IMG/VR virus record: IMGVR_UViG_3300032323_003315
Direction: 5' to 3' (one strand)
DNA length: 64,000 bases
Source: an uncultured virus (IMG/VR IMGVR_UViG_3300032323_003315)
Taxonomy: Duplodnaviria; Heunggongvirae; Uroviricota; Caudoviricetes
The first letter of the stretch is position 1; each line of letters starts with the position of its first letter. The position numbers and the translations under genes are program-made. Below, piece by piece: positions 37,427 through 47,166 of this stretch. The notes beneath the pieces are model-generated. The model was not told the DNA's origin. It ran no database searches and saw nothing but the letters and a program-made list of their open reading frames with translations.

Positions 37427-37815
37427 GTTGTTTCAAATTTTGGTAAGTTTTTTAAATGTTGTTTGAGTAAAGCCCCGAACACCGCGCCACCACCTACAAG
37501 CATTGCTGCAAGTTTGGCTTTTTGTTCAAAATTGCCCTTGCTAAAATGGACAATAGCAAACACCAAAGCCCACCATGTAGGCAGGGCATACGAATAGGCT
37601 TGGCCTATCTGCTGTTCAAGTTCCTTTTGCGTAATTTTACCTTCGTCTTTTCGCTTCTGCAAAACGCGCATACGATAGTAAGCCCACCCTGTCGCGGGAG
37701 TAGGCAAAATGTCGCTTATCAATGCACCTGCTAATGCAGAGTACAATAATGCGCTTTGGTAATTTCCGCCCGCAAGGTTCTTGAACTCTTCAGCTATCTT
37801 TTGGGCTTGCTTCAT
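37423..37815 (-). CDS. Multi-pass membrane protein
   Basis: Three hydrophobic segments. Confidence 0.7.
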   Translation of the reverse strand: MKQAQKIAEEFKNLAGGNYQSALLYSALAGALISDILPTPATGWAYYRMRVLQKRKDEGKITQKELEQQIGQAYSYALPTWWALVFAIVHFSKGNFEQKAKLAAMLVGGGAVFGALLKQHLKNLPKFETT

Positions 37816-37821
37816 TATATA

Positions 37822-37923
37822 TTACTTATCGCTTGAGTGCCATGCTTTACCTGCAACCCATACGGTTACAAAAAGTCCTGCAAGACCAAGTACATAAGCC
37901 ATGATTTTTTTTCCGTCTTTCAT
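37822..37923 (-). CDS. 33-aa membrane peptide
   Basis: Not in track; MKDGKKIMAYVLGLAGLFVTVWVAGKAWHSSDK; -7 box about 20 nt upstream. Confidence 0.65.
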   Translation of the reverse strand: MKDGKKIMAYVLGLAGLFVTVWVAGKAWHSSDK

Positions 37924-37967
37924 ATCTGTTTTAATTTAGGTTTTACAAAAATAGGCATTTGAATATT

Positions 37968-38813
37968 TTATACAACAAATTTTTTGTTCTTAATCAATTC
38001 AAGATACCCGCCAATACCTGCCAATCGCTTAACATACGCTTTTGTTACTGCGGGTACGCCCGCTTGGTTCAGCCATACATCGGGAGAATAGTTCTTTTGG
38101 CTTGCGCTCATCCATGGGTTGAAACGGCTAAAATAACCACCATTGTACCCATTGATAACCCAATCTACGCGGATATAATCAGTATCGCCTTCTTTTACGA
38201 TTGATTTTGTTATCAGTTCGTACAAGTACATACAACCTATGTGTACGCCAAATTCGGGCTGTTGTATCATTTTAAGATTATATGCGTTTGTAGGCTTATT
38301 ATATCCTCCGCCTGTGCTTAAAATGTGGGTTGGGTTTGCATAAGTAAGAACACTACCGACTGATTGAGCCATGATTTTAGCCCTACGCAACACCTCGGCT
38401 TGTATTTCTTCCATACTGCCAAGTTTTATTTCCGTCCAATTTAAGGGCGGCAATTCTACGTTTGGTTTTACTCTGAAAGCAGATTTACAAGCATAATAAA
38501 TATACTTGAACTCTTCAATCGTCATGTTATACTTAAATGCGGATTTTATAACCCCGTCAAGAGTGGCTGCGTTAGTCTGCATCATGCCATAAGAAACGCC
38601 GTCTGCCGACCTTACTGCTCTACCACCTGTTTCAATACAAGTAAACGCTAATGCAAAGTATTGGGGAATAGAATGTATATCTGCTATCTTACTTAAAATA
38701 GCACCTGCTCTTTGTTTGGTAAGCGACAATTCGTTTAACGCTTGCGCTTCGGTTCTATCACTACGATAGTTACCCAAAGGGGCTTTAATTTTAACTTCTG
38801 ATAGTTCTCCCAT
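37968..38813 (-). CDS. Lytic transglycosylase (SLT-like) with insertion
   Basis: ALAFTCIETGG, SYGMMQ, IGCMYL, GYNGG, TKAYVKR. Confidence 0.8.
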   Translation of the reverse strand: MGELSEVKIKAPLGNYRSDRTEAQALNELSLTKQRAGAILSKIADIHSIPQYFALAFTCIETGGRAVRSADGVSYGMMQTNAATLDGVIKSAFKYNMTIEEFKYIYYACKSAFRVKPNVELPPLNWTEIKLGSMEEIQAEVLRRAKIMAQSVGSVLTYANPTHILSTGGGYNKPTNAYNLKMIQQPEFGVHIGCMYLYELITKSIVKEGDTDYIRVDWVINGYNGGYFSRFNPWMSASQKNYSPDVWLNQAGVPAVTKAYVKRLAGIGGYLELIKNKKFVV

Positions 38814-38974
38814 TACTCTAATTCTGCATCCTTGATTTTGTCTTTGACTTCGGGATTATATGGCTTTTTGATTTCCTTAACGCGGGGTACAACGTAAAAA
38901 AGTACGAAAGCACCTCCGATAGAAAGTGCTAATGCTAATAGTGTTATACCTATCTGTTTTTTAGAAATTACCAT
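38813..38974 (-). CDS. 53-aa membrane protein
   Basis: Not in track; MVISKKQIGITLLALALSIGGAFVLFYVVPR...; coupled to the SLT gene. Confidence 0.7.
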   Translation of the reverse strand: MVISKKQIGITLLALALSIGGAFVLFYVVPRVKEIKKPYNPEVKDKIKDAELE

Positions 38975-39249
38975 AATATTTTATCCGCAAAATAACCCGC
39001 CGAACCTCTTTTATGCCTATCCTTTTCGTGTCGGCTTTTGTATGCTTTGCGCCGCTTATTTGCAAATTCTATACCCTTGGTCTGCTTGAACGTGGGATAA
39101 TCACCCATGCCCAATGCGCCAATGCTTGCAAGTTTATCGCCCTGTTTGTTGAACACATCAATTTTTTTGCCCTTTACTCTTGAGGGCTTGATGCTAACAC
39201 CAAGTCTTTTAGCTTGCGCGTACGAATGTGCTTTTATGCGGTACGGCAT
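38968..39249 (-). CDS. Small basic protein (DUF5754-like)
   Basis: KKIDVF...SIGALGMGDY...RRKAYKSRH...SAGYFADKILW. Confidence 0.7.
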   Translation of the reverse strand: MPYRIKAHSYAQAKRLGVSIKPSRVKGKKIDVFNKQGDKLASIGALGMGDYPTFKQTKGIEFANKRRKAYKSRHEKDRHKRGSAGYFADKILW

Positions 39250-39255
39250 AAATAT

Positions 39256-39573
39256 TTATTTTTTCCTTTTTGCTTTCTTACTGCTAATAGCACTTGATTT
39301 AGTTGCTTTCTTTTTAGCTTGAATGGGCTTACTTTTAATTGGTTTAGCTTTTTTCAAAGGCGTTTTTTTGGTTTTTGTAGTTTTTGCTGATTTTGCGTTT
39401 GTAGTTGAAATTTTATTCCACCTCTTTACACCATTACTTGCTACCACTACCTTCCAAAGATTTCCGTCTTGCCCCTTCTGCGTATGCCCCGATGAAAATA
39501 ATGTAGCACTTTCTTTTGGAGAAGGTCTTACACCCCTATCATTAAGGTTTCCACCGCTTTTAAAAAACAACAT
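39256..39573 (-). CDS. Basic protein with RPSP.ESAT...KG.DGN.W...NGVKRW module and Lys-rich tail
   Basis: Motif recalled from giant-virus proteins; N-terminal FKSGG. Confidence 0.65.
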   Translation of the reverse strand: MLFFKSGGNLNDRGVRPSPKESATLFSSGHTQKGQDGNLWKVVVASNGVKRWNKISTTNAKSAKTTKTKKTPLKKAKPIKSKPIQAKKKATKSSAISSKKAKRKK

Positions 39574-39584
39574 AATCTTTAGGA

Positions 39585-39776
39585 TTATTTCTGTTTAGGA
39601 TGCTTTCTTGCGGCCTTTTTTCGTTTAGGAGCGTAGGCTTTTTCATGTCCTTCTTTGCTCGCATACATGCGGTCAAGTTTCCATGATGCGCCCGTGTTCA
39701 CGCTTTTCTTTTTTGATTTTTTACTCTTTTTGGGAGTTAACGCTTTTGTGATTTTCTTTAAAATTGAGGTTGCCAT
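39585..39776 (-). CDS. Very basic small protein
   Basis: Lys-rich; candidate DNA-condensing protein. Confidence 0.65.
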   Translation of the reverse strand: MATSILKKITKALTPKKSKKSKKKSVNTGASWKLDRMYASKEGHEKAYAPKRKKAARKHPKQK

Positions 39777-39782
39777 GTTTTT

Positions 39783-40223
39783 TTATTTATTGTTTGACAT
39801 TGTGTTTACTGCTCCGAGAGTTAGCACTAACACTACGCCACCAATAATCCATCCGAGAGCCGCACCCGATTTTTTGGGTTTTGGGTTGTTGTCAGAAGTT
39901 GAACCTGCAACGGGGGCTGCGCCACCTTGAGGTTGAGGTTGAGGTTCGGGTTTTTTGTTGTCGTCGTCGTCAGACTTAACTTGCAATGCCTCAATTTTCT
40001 CTAAAATTTCAGCGTTCAGTTCTTTGCTAACTTCTTCTGATTTTAAAATTGTTGCACGCATTTCTTCCCTTACTTCATCGTCTTCTTCTGTTTTCAGCTC
40101 TTCTTTGGTTTCATCAATGGTTTCGTGAAGTTCTGCCAAATATGAGATTTTGTTTCTCAAGGATTTGGGTAACTCTTCAAATGTCAAACCTTTGGCTTCA
40201 AATGCTTTTTTAATATTGTTCAT
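39783..40223 (-). CDS. Acidic coiled-coil protein with C-terminal TM
   Basis: Ends ALGWIIGGVVLVLTLGAV. Confidence 0.7.
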   Translation of the reverse strand: MNNIKKAFEAKGLTFEELPKSLRNKISYLAELHETIDETKEELKTEEDDEVREEMRATILKSEEVSKELNAEILEKIEALQVKSDDDDNKKPEPQPQPQGGAAPVAGSTSDNNPKPKKSGAALGWIIGGVVLVLTLGAVNTMSNNK

Positions 40224-40276
40224 GTGTTCGTTAAGATATTTGGGTGCTAAATTAAGGCATTTATTCTAAAAAACAA

Positions 40277-40672
40277 TTATTTCCTATATTTTTTCACTTT
40301 CTGCGATATGGCTTTTGGCTGTGCAACGTATTGTTTACCCTTCTTTGTGCCAACTTTTTTAGCCCTTGTCGTAGCAGCGTATTCGCGAGGTGTTAATGCT
40401 TTAATTGCTTTTTCGGGCAAGTATCTTTCTCCCGTTTGTCCGCTTGGTTTACCCGATTTAGTGCGCCACTTTTGCTTGCTCCATTTAACAAGGGAATTAT
40501 CCGCGCTCTTTTTGCCCTTGTAACCGCCTCCTGCATCTTTGTAAAGTTTAACAGCCAACTGCGCTTTGCGTGCAGACCATTCGCCTTTATTGCCTCCCTT
40601 TGAACCTGCTTTAACGCGGGATACTATTCGTTTCCAAAGTGCGGGGTTTGTTTTTACTGCGGTTTCAGCCAT
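40277..40672 (-). CDS. Basic protein (DUF5872-like)
   Basis: GEWSARKAQL..K.YK..GGGY.G...L.KW..QKW.T..GERYLP..A. Confidence 0.75.
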   Translation of the reverse strand: MAETAVKTNPALWKRIVSRVKAGSKGGNKGEWSARKAQLAVKLYKDAGGGYKGKKSADNSLVKWSKQKWRTKSGKPSGQTGERYLPEKAIKALTPREYAATTRAKKVGTKKGKQYVAQPKAISQKVKKYRK

Positions 40673-40688
40673 ATTACTTTTTAGTAAG

Positions 40689-41633
40689 TTATCTTTTTGT
40701 TATATCCTCAATTACCTTGTAGATTTTATCATCTGTGGTCGTAACCATTTCAATGATGTAAAACCTGTCTTTGTTGCCTGTGGCGTTTTGCACAAAGTCC
40801 ATCGCATCGTCTAAACTTTGGGTTAGAAATGCAGTTACCTCTTTGAAGCTACCGCTAAACGCTACACGGGTGTAAGGAACTATTTTAACGCGGCCACCCT
40901 TGGAAAACTTTGGTCTGCCCATAACGCTTGTAGCAACTGCATATCCAACTTGCTTGGCTTCACCCTCGTCATAGGTTTTGCCATACTTGCTTTGATATTT
41001 GGGCTTAACTGATTTACCCTCGTAATGAGCAGCAACCTTTTTAACCAATCGCTCGTATGATGCTTTGCTGCCTTTTTTCTTACGCATGATGCCACCTTTT
41101 TTGTAGCTGCGGAAATAGTACCCGTCAAAATCACGATAGTCGTAAGCTAAATCGCGGCCAAAACTTTCATAGTCAAAGTACCTTTCAAGCGTACCCATAC
41201 CCAAAAGTTCTAAACCACCCATCATATTTATGTAGCCCTCGGCCAATTCGGTATCACTATCATATTGACCTTCGTACCTTTCGTCTATCCATTCGCCCAC
41301 ATCGTCGGGAGCGTATTCTCTGATAATATCTGCAACAACATCCATAGGGATATTTTTTTCCTCTGAAACCTTGTAAGCATTGATAAGTTTATCAAAACCT
41401 GCCGCGTTCATACCTTCGTCGTAAAGGCTGTCGGGTATGTTTTCATGGTCGGGGAACATAAGTTCGTCCATCTGCATGCCATACTTCTTTTCCCACATGC
41501 GTATTTTTTTACGGAAATAGGAAATAACCGCTTCCCCGTCTTCAAACTGCGACAAGTCTATCCATTCTCCGTCAAGATTGCCGTTGTTATATAGTTCGTA
41601 TGTTGTTAAATATATCCTTGGTGTATCTGCCAT
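40689..41633 (-). CDS. ardA: ArdA antirestriction domain fused via xKGG linkers to two further small domains
   Basis: RIYLTTYELYNNGNLDGEWIDL...YEGQYDS...YFDYESFGRDL; acidic domain ends at RSYKKGG. Confidence 0.8.
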   Translation of the reverse strand: MADTPRIYLTTYELYNNGNLDGEWIDLSQFEDGEAVISYFRKKIRMWEKKYGMQMDELMFPDHENIPDSLYDEGMNAAGFDKLINAYKVSEEKNIPMDVVADIIREYAPDDVGEWIDERYEGQYDSDTELAEGYINMMGGLELLGMGTLERYFDYESFGRDLAYDYRDFDGYYFRSYKKGGIMRKKKGSKASYERLVKKVAAHYEGKSVKPKYQSKYGKTYDEGEAKQVGYAVATSVMGRPKFSKGGRVKIVPYTRVAFSGSFKEVTAFLTQSLDDAMDFVQNATGNKDRFYIIEMVTTTDDKIYKVIEDITKR

Positions 41634-41675
41634 TTTTTTATTTTTTTGCTAATTGTTGTCTGTAAACCTTTGCGG

Positions 41676-43058
41676 CTACTTTTTCTTAAAAGGGTTTGAA
41701 GCTATTTTACCGCCTTTGGCAAATTTCTCGGTTTTAATAGAATAGTAAAACGCTTCTTTTGGGCTTTTTTCAAATAAGCTATACATGTGCTTTTTAGCTT
41801 CATTTTCTGTTGCAAAACCACCTTTCACAACTTTACCATTTCTGTTATCCATAATAGAATAATTTACAACACCGCCTTTGGAAAATTCCTCATATCCTTT
41901 CAAATCGTTCAAATCTGTACCTATTGGCCTTAAGCCATAAGCCTCTCCGCTTAAACCATAATCAAAAGTATATCCTTCGGCTTCCATTTGTTTAAGGACT
42001 TTTTCTAATTCGGCATAATCTCCATCCATGAAGACATCTTGGTTATTATCATAAATGCGCCTCAATTTAGGAGGCATATTGTCATAATCCTCAAACAAGT
42101 CTTTCATTCCCCCATCACCGAATAAGTCTTTTTTTTTTAAAGTTCCACCTTTGGCGAATTTGTTACGCATGCTATAAAGACGGTTATATTCAGCACCATT
42201 GTCTTTGCTAAAATTGTTTTCCGCTTCATTCAGAGCCTTATAGTAGTTTGCCCTATTTTCAGAAATAAGTGCTAAAAGACGATTGTATTCAGCACCGTTG
42301 TCTTTGCTAAAGTTATTTTCCGCTTCGTTCAACTGTGCATATAAATCAGCAGGGTCATGAATTTTACCGCCTTTGGCAAAATTTCCTGCGCCATGAAGCA
42401 TGCCGCCAAGTTTCAGATATGGGTATCCTTTCCTGTTTCTGTCTGTTCTGTTCTCGCGGTACTCGTAATATGTTTTGCCCGACTTTTTAGCGGTACGCTT
42501 TCCAATAGGAAGTGCTTTACGCGGTGCGTCGCGCTCAATATCAGTAGCACCTTTTTTGATGGGGTGTTTAGCCAAAAACGCTTGTAGCTTTTTGTACTGC
42601 TTGTTAGCGTTCTTTACAGCACTTTTCTTTTCCTCTTGTAATATTTTGTTGGCGCGTTTAATAGCTTCTTGCCACGTTTCCTCGCCCTTCTTATATATTT
42701 TTTGTGCCAACAACATTTTATCAGCACGCTTGGTAGGTTTTGCAGATGCTGTGCTTTTGCCTTTCTTTGGCTGCACGATACTTGCTTGCGCTACCTTTTT
42801 AGCAATCGCTTTTGGCGTTTTGGGTTCGGGTGCTTTAGCTACCTTGCTTTTAATGCTTTCGGGGTACTTTTCAGCAATGTTTGAGTACAGCCTTTCCATA
42901 CTGTTCTCTGCTGCTTTGTACGCTTCTTTGCTATCAGCATCGGTAGCGTTTTTCAGTTTGCTGTCATTCAGATAGCCTGCTATCTCTTTTACTTTCTCTA
43001 CCGCCTTTTCGGGTAGTTTGGACAAATCAATGTCTTTGTATTTTTCTATTGGTGTCAT
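41676..43058 (-). CDS. Modular basic protein with six xxGG motifs
   Basis: LKLGG, FAKGG x3, FGDGG, FSKGG; G+TYYEYRENR.D module; internal 19-aa duplication. Confidence 0.75.
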   Translation of the reverse strand: MTPIEKYKDIDLSKLPEKAVEKVKEIAGYLNDSKLKNATDADSKEAYKAAENSMERLYSNIAEKYPESIKSKVAKAPEPKTPKAIAKKVAQASIVQPKKGKSTASAKPTKRADKMLLAQKIYKKGEETWQEAIKRANKILQEEKKSAVKNANKQYKKLQAFLAKHPIKKGATDIERDAPRKALPIGKRTAKKSGKTYYEYRENRTDRNRKGYPYLKLGGMLHGAGNFAKGGKIHDPADLYAQLNEAENNFSKDNGAEYNRLLALISENRANYYKALNEAENNFSKDNGAEYNRLYSMRNKFAKGGTLKKKDLFGDGGMKDLFEDYDNMPPKLRRIYDNNQDVFMDGDYAELEKVLKQMEAEGYTFDYGLSGEAYGLRPIGTDLNDLKGYEEFSKGGVVNYSIMDNRNGKVVKGGFATENEAKKHMYSLFEKSPKEAFYYSIKTEKFAKGGKIASNPFKKK

Positions 43059-43071
43059 ATTTTTTTACAAA

Positions 43072-46000
43072 TTAAATATCGTCAAGGTCAAGTTCGTCAA
43101 GTTTATTTTTTATTGAGGCCGCTTTTGTAGGCTTTGGTTGTTTGGGTTCTTTAGTTGTTGTGGTTTTAGGTTTCGTAGTTTTTGTCTTCGGAGGTTCGGG
43201 TGCAGGTGGTGCAGGCGGTGTGGGAGGAGTAGCAGGAGGCGTTGTTCCCGCGCCACGATACAACAGCAAATCAACAATGTCTAAATAATCGTCTGCGTCA
43301 AAAAACCACAAATCGTCAAACTCAAATTGATAGTTATTGACCGCATCAGTAAATTCATTACCATAATTATCATGTAAAGCAAGAACATCAATTTTATTCG
43401 CGTATTTTGCAAGTTTGAGTTTCAGTTCTTTGTATTCTTTTCCTGCCCCCGCATTTGCAAAACCTACTATAAAAAATTCTTTTTGGGGGTCTGTAACAGT
43501 TGGATAGCCTGCTCTAAACGATGCCGTTACAATTTGTCCGTCTGCACTTCCGCCATAATATTCAATAAACGACTTCAAATAGCTCTCCCGTAGAAAATTA
43601 TTCCATGGGTTGTCCACCCATTTAAAGTTTGAAGTTGGTGCAGGCGGTGTGGGTGTTTGTGCATATTTATCAATGAACTTTTGCCTAAATTCTTCTGCAT
43701 TATCAAATGGAACTATTACGGTATAATCATATTCTCCTCCTTGCGCTATTTCGGTTAATGGCTTATACAAAGAATACAAGGGCGCAGTTTTGTATTTAGT
43801 TTCCTCGTCTTGCACTTCCTGTAAATATGCTTCATATTCTTTGTTTGGTGGCATATTTGGCGGGTAATACGCGATAATATAATATTCTTTTATACCTGTT
43901 GGCGTTTTAATGCCAAACAATCTATTTTTAATCGTAAAATCACTTACGGTAATTCCCAAAGATTGTTTTATAGCCTCTATGTCTGCTAAATTGATTGTAT
44001 CCCAATCACTTCTCCATTCAAACGGCTCGTTTTGCGTTGTAGTCGGCGTTGTAGAAACAGGCAAAATAGGGAACATAAACATTTGCTCAAACTCCTGCAA
44101 CCTGTCTTTTGGAACAAATATGGTATGGTCATAATTAGGGTCAATACTGAAATAATCTAATTCCACATATTCGTTTGCTAAATCTTTTGTCTTATATACA
44201 TATTTCTCTGTTTGTGCTGTTTTGTTTACAAAATCCATATATTTAGCACTTCTACCAAGTTTATAGATTGCAGGCGTAAACGCTAAAGCTATATATTCAT
44301 TGCTTTGCCCGTTTTTTAGTATTTTAAATGTTCTGTATTGTATATTGAAATCGGGATATACTATATCAAACCCTTGCTTAAATTCATTACGCATCTGTTC
44401 AGTACCCCAATCCAATAAACCCGAAGTCCATTCAAAACCTTCCCCTTTAGTTGGCGGTGTTGGCAAAACCTTTGGCTGCCTTTTCTTTGTGGTTTTTGTA
44501 GCAGGAATTACCATATTCTGCATATATGGTGCATCTGTGTTCCCCCACTCAATAGGTAACGATTTAAAATAGTCTATGAAACTCTTTTTGCCTTCCTCGG
44601 TGTAAAAATAATTGGTTACGTTGCTATTATTTCTACCAAGAATATCATGAAAATAATCCATCTTATCCTCATAGCTTAAAACTTTGCTTGTACTTTTGCT
44701 GACAAACATATTTTTTAAAGGATTTTTTTTGATAATTTCGTATGTGGTAATTTCTTGCTCAAATATTTTTACTTTTATGTTTTCGTATGCTTGTTCGGGT
44801 GTTTGAAATATGCCGAAAAAGTTAGCGTACTTTAATTGACCTATTGCAACATTAGTGAGAACAATAGGCAATATCTGTTTTTCTTTTAAAGAGGGAAAAG
44901 TTTTACTGTAAGGCTGTATTTGATTGTTACATAAATGTACTCTCCATAGATTATACATAATAGCATCGCCTATCAATCCATGAAAGTAATCTTTATCATC
45001 GCTTATTTGTATTCTTGTACTACCTTTTTCATTTCTTGTAAACCTAAAACTACCACTTGCGCTGTATTCGTTAGTTAGCCTTATATCATAGTCATAATCG
45101 CTTGAATATTTGTTCATCAAAACAATAGGCGGCTCTAAATTATGCTGATAGCGAAAGAAAAACCATAAATTTTCAATATTTCTGCTTCCACCATCACCCA
45201 TAAGGGTTCGCATAATATCTTTTTCTTCGCCTAACTCAAAACTTGGTGCGGGTGCGACACCATCATACATAAACGCGCTTTTATACCACAAAGCAACATC
45301 TGTTGGTAAATTATGATTTACCACATAATTACTTATTGTATTAACTATATTATTATAAAATTCTTTTTTTGTAGTTTCCCAAGTAAACATGGTCTTACGC
45401 ACGTTTGCATCGCTTTTACCGCTTTGAGCAGCAGGTTGTACGCCTCTTTCAATCAGATAGTTTACATAGCTTAATTTTACGATTTCTTTGATAGGCTCTA
45501 TTATGCTTGGGTCTTTTTTCTGCAAATCGCTTATCCTGCCCCAATCCAATTTGTTAACAGCCGACAAAAATGTATCGTCATACTCCTCTCCCAAAATTGA
45601 CCTTAATTCGTCAAATTGGTTTGTTTTGCTTGAAGCTGCACTTGTGCTACTACCCGACAAATAAAACTCCTTGATGATTTTTCTCTCATTGAAGTACCCG
45701 TCATGCACCTCTACTTGGTCATATAAATATTGTTTAGTAACCTTATAGATATTAAAAACTACTGTGTTTCCATTCACGAAACTTTCCAATTCTTTATATC
45801 TTAAAAGACTATAACAAACTATGGGATTGCCCTTTTTGTCATAAGCTATATAGCTATCATATATAAGAAAAAGTATATCACTAAATTTGAACTTTAAAAC
45901 ATCCCCTACACCAAACTTGTCCTTTTCGTCATATTGGTCGTGCTTCTGCAAACAATTAAAATTTCCTGCTCCGTAATACGCAATAGGCGGCAACGTAAAA

Positions 46001-47166
46001 AATTGTGTCTTTTTCGGCACTAACCTCTGAATGTGAGGCGTTTCTGACATGCCGAAAGCGGTCAAATTATTAGCAGGCTCATTTGTTGTAACAATTTTAG
46101 AATATTCTGCATAATCCAACTCCTTGCCGCAATTCATGTGCAATTTCACATAAGAAATCATATCTCCTTCCTTTAGAACCCTTTTATCAGTTCTAATAGC
46201 AAGATATTGTATAGCTGAATAATCAGAAAAGAAACCGCCATTCGCATATTGCCCTTCTTCGTCATTTGCATTTACCAAACATATTTTATCAAAAAAAATA
46301 TTACCTGTATTTTGTAACAACGGATAGTTTAAAGGTTGATAATTTATATCTGAAAAAGTATTGTAATTTGGTTTTTCGGGAAGATTGTTATTAGTCTTTA
46401 TTAAATCAAACAAATCATCCGATACCCCTTGATGCTGTGTTAGCATGGCATACGCATCCTGCTTTTCACCCGCAGCTATCGTAGATACTTTTGTAAAAGT
46501 AGTAGGTGGTGCTATTGCTTTTGGTTTTTCCTGCTTTGTATAAGCTATCCCTGCTATCTTGGGCATATCTATGCTCCAATATGCTAATTCAGCATTGCTG
46601 ACAACCATGTTTGACATGGTGTTGCCTGCTGTATCTCCAACTACATCACCCGAAGGTGTGCTTTTTAAAATAGACTTGACACCATCCCTTGAATTTGCTA
46701 CCATAGCAGCATAGTCCATCACATCTTTTAGATTTACGCCATAGGGGTAATATCTTATGGCTTTGGGCGCATTGGCTTTTACAGCATCGGTAGATACCTC
46801 TCGGCTGAAAAAACCCAAAACCATGTAGTCCTTATTCTTTTTCCCGTCATAGTAACTATCCCCAACACCAAGTTTCATTTTATCCGAGGGAACGTAGGTG
46901 CTTATTAAATCTTCGTCTTTTATTTGGATATACTGAAAAAATATAAGCCCTTTGCTTTTGATATATTCATTTGCCTTTTTGGTGTTATTTATAGTGCTTA
47001 CTGTTGAAGCATCATAGCCATTTATGATGTATTGATTGTTACCAATAACAGTATTTGGTAGCGTAGCTATGCTTAACACCAACGCTTTTCCATCCAAATC
47101 CTTTTCAGTCAATGGAACAAAATATTCACTTCTGTTTTTCAGTATATATAGAGAGCCTTTTTTCAT
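43072..47166 (-). CDS. Large multidomain protein (1364 aa) with three repeated C-terminal domains
   Basis: Long ORF; F(E/K)W-initiated ~130-aa units separated by Pro/Thr linkers. Confidence 0.8.
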   Translation of the reverse strand: MKKGSLYILKNRSEYFVPLTEKDLDGKALVLSIATLPNTVIGNNQYIINGYDASTVSTINNTKKANEYIKSKGLIFFQYIQIKDEDLISTYVPSDKMKLGVGDSYYDGKKNKDYMVLGFFSREVSTDAVKANAPKAIRYYPYGVNLKDVMDYAAMVANSRDGVKSILKSTPSGDVVGDTAGNTMSNMVVSNAELAYWSIDMPKIAGIAYTKQEKPKAIAPPTTFTKVSTIAAGEKQDAYAMLTQHQGVSDDLFDLIKTNNNLPEKPNYNTFSDINYQPLNYPLLQNTGNIFFDKICLVNANDEEGQYANGGFFSDYSAIQYLAIRTDKRVLKEGDMISYVKLHMNCGKELDYAEYSKIVTTNEPANNLTAFGMSETPHIQRLVPKKTQFFTLPPIAYYGAGNFNCLQKHDQYDEKDKFGVGDVLKFKFSDILFLIYDSYIAYDKKGNPIVCYSLLRYKELESFVNGNTVVFNIYKVTKQYLYDQVEVHDGYFNERKIIKEFYLSGSSTSAASSKTNQFDELRSILGEEYDDTFLSAVNKLDWGRISDLQKKDPSIIEPIKEIVKLSYVNYLIERGVQPAAQSGKSDANVRKTMFTWETTKKEFYNNIVNTISNYVVNHNLPTDVALWYKSAFMYDGVAPAPSFELGEEKDIMRTLMGDGGSRNIENLWFFFRYQHNLEPPIVLMNKYSSDYDYDIRLTNEYSASGSFRFTRNEKGSTRIQISDDKDYFHGLIGDAIMYNLWRVHLCNNQIQPYSKTFPSLKEKQILPIVLTNVAIGQLKYANFFGIFQTPEQAYENIKVKIFEQEITTYEIIKKNPLKNMFVSKSTSKVLSYEDKMDYFHDILGRNNSNVTNYFYTEEGKKSFIDYFKSLPIEWGNTDAPYMQNMVIPATKTTKKRQPKVLPTPPTKGEGFEWTSGLLDWGTEQMRNEFKQGFDIVYPDFNIQYRTFKILKNGQSNEYIALAFTPAIYKLGRSAKYMDFVNKTAQTEKYVYKTKDLANEYVELDYFSIDPNYDHTIFVPKDRLQEFEQMFMFPILPVSTTPTTTQNEPFEWRSDWDTINLADIEAIKQSLGITVSDFTIKNRLFGIKTPTGIKEYYIIAYYPPNMPPNKEYEAYLQEVQDEETKYKTAPLYSLYKPLTEIAQGGEYDYTVIVPFDNAEEFRQKFIDKYAQTPTPPAPTSNFKWVDNPWNNFLRESYLKSFIEYYGGSADGQIVTASFRAGYPTVTDPQKEFFIVGFANAGAGKEYKELKLKLAKYANKIDVLALHDNYGNEFTDAVNNYQFEFDDLWFFDADDYLDIVDLLLYRGAGTTPPATPPTPPAPPAPEPPKTKTTKPKTTTTKEPKQPKPTKAASIKNKLDELDLDDI

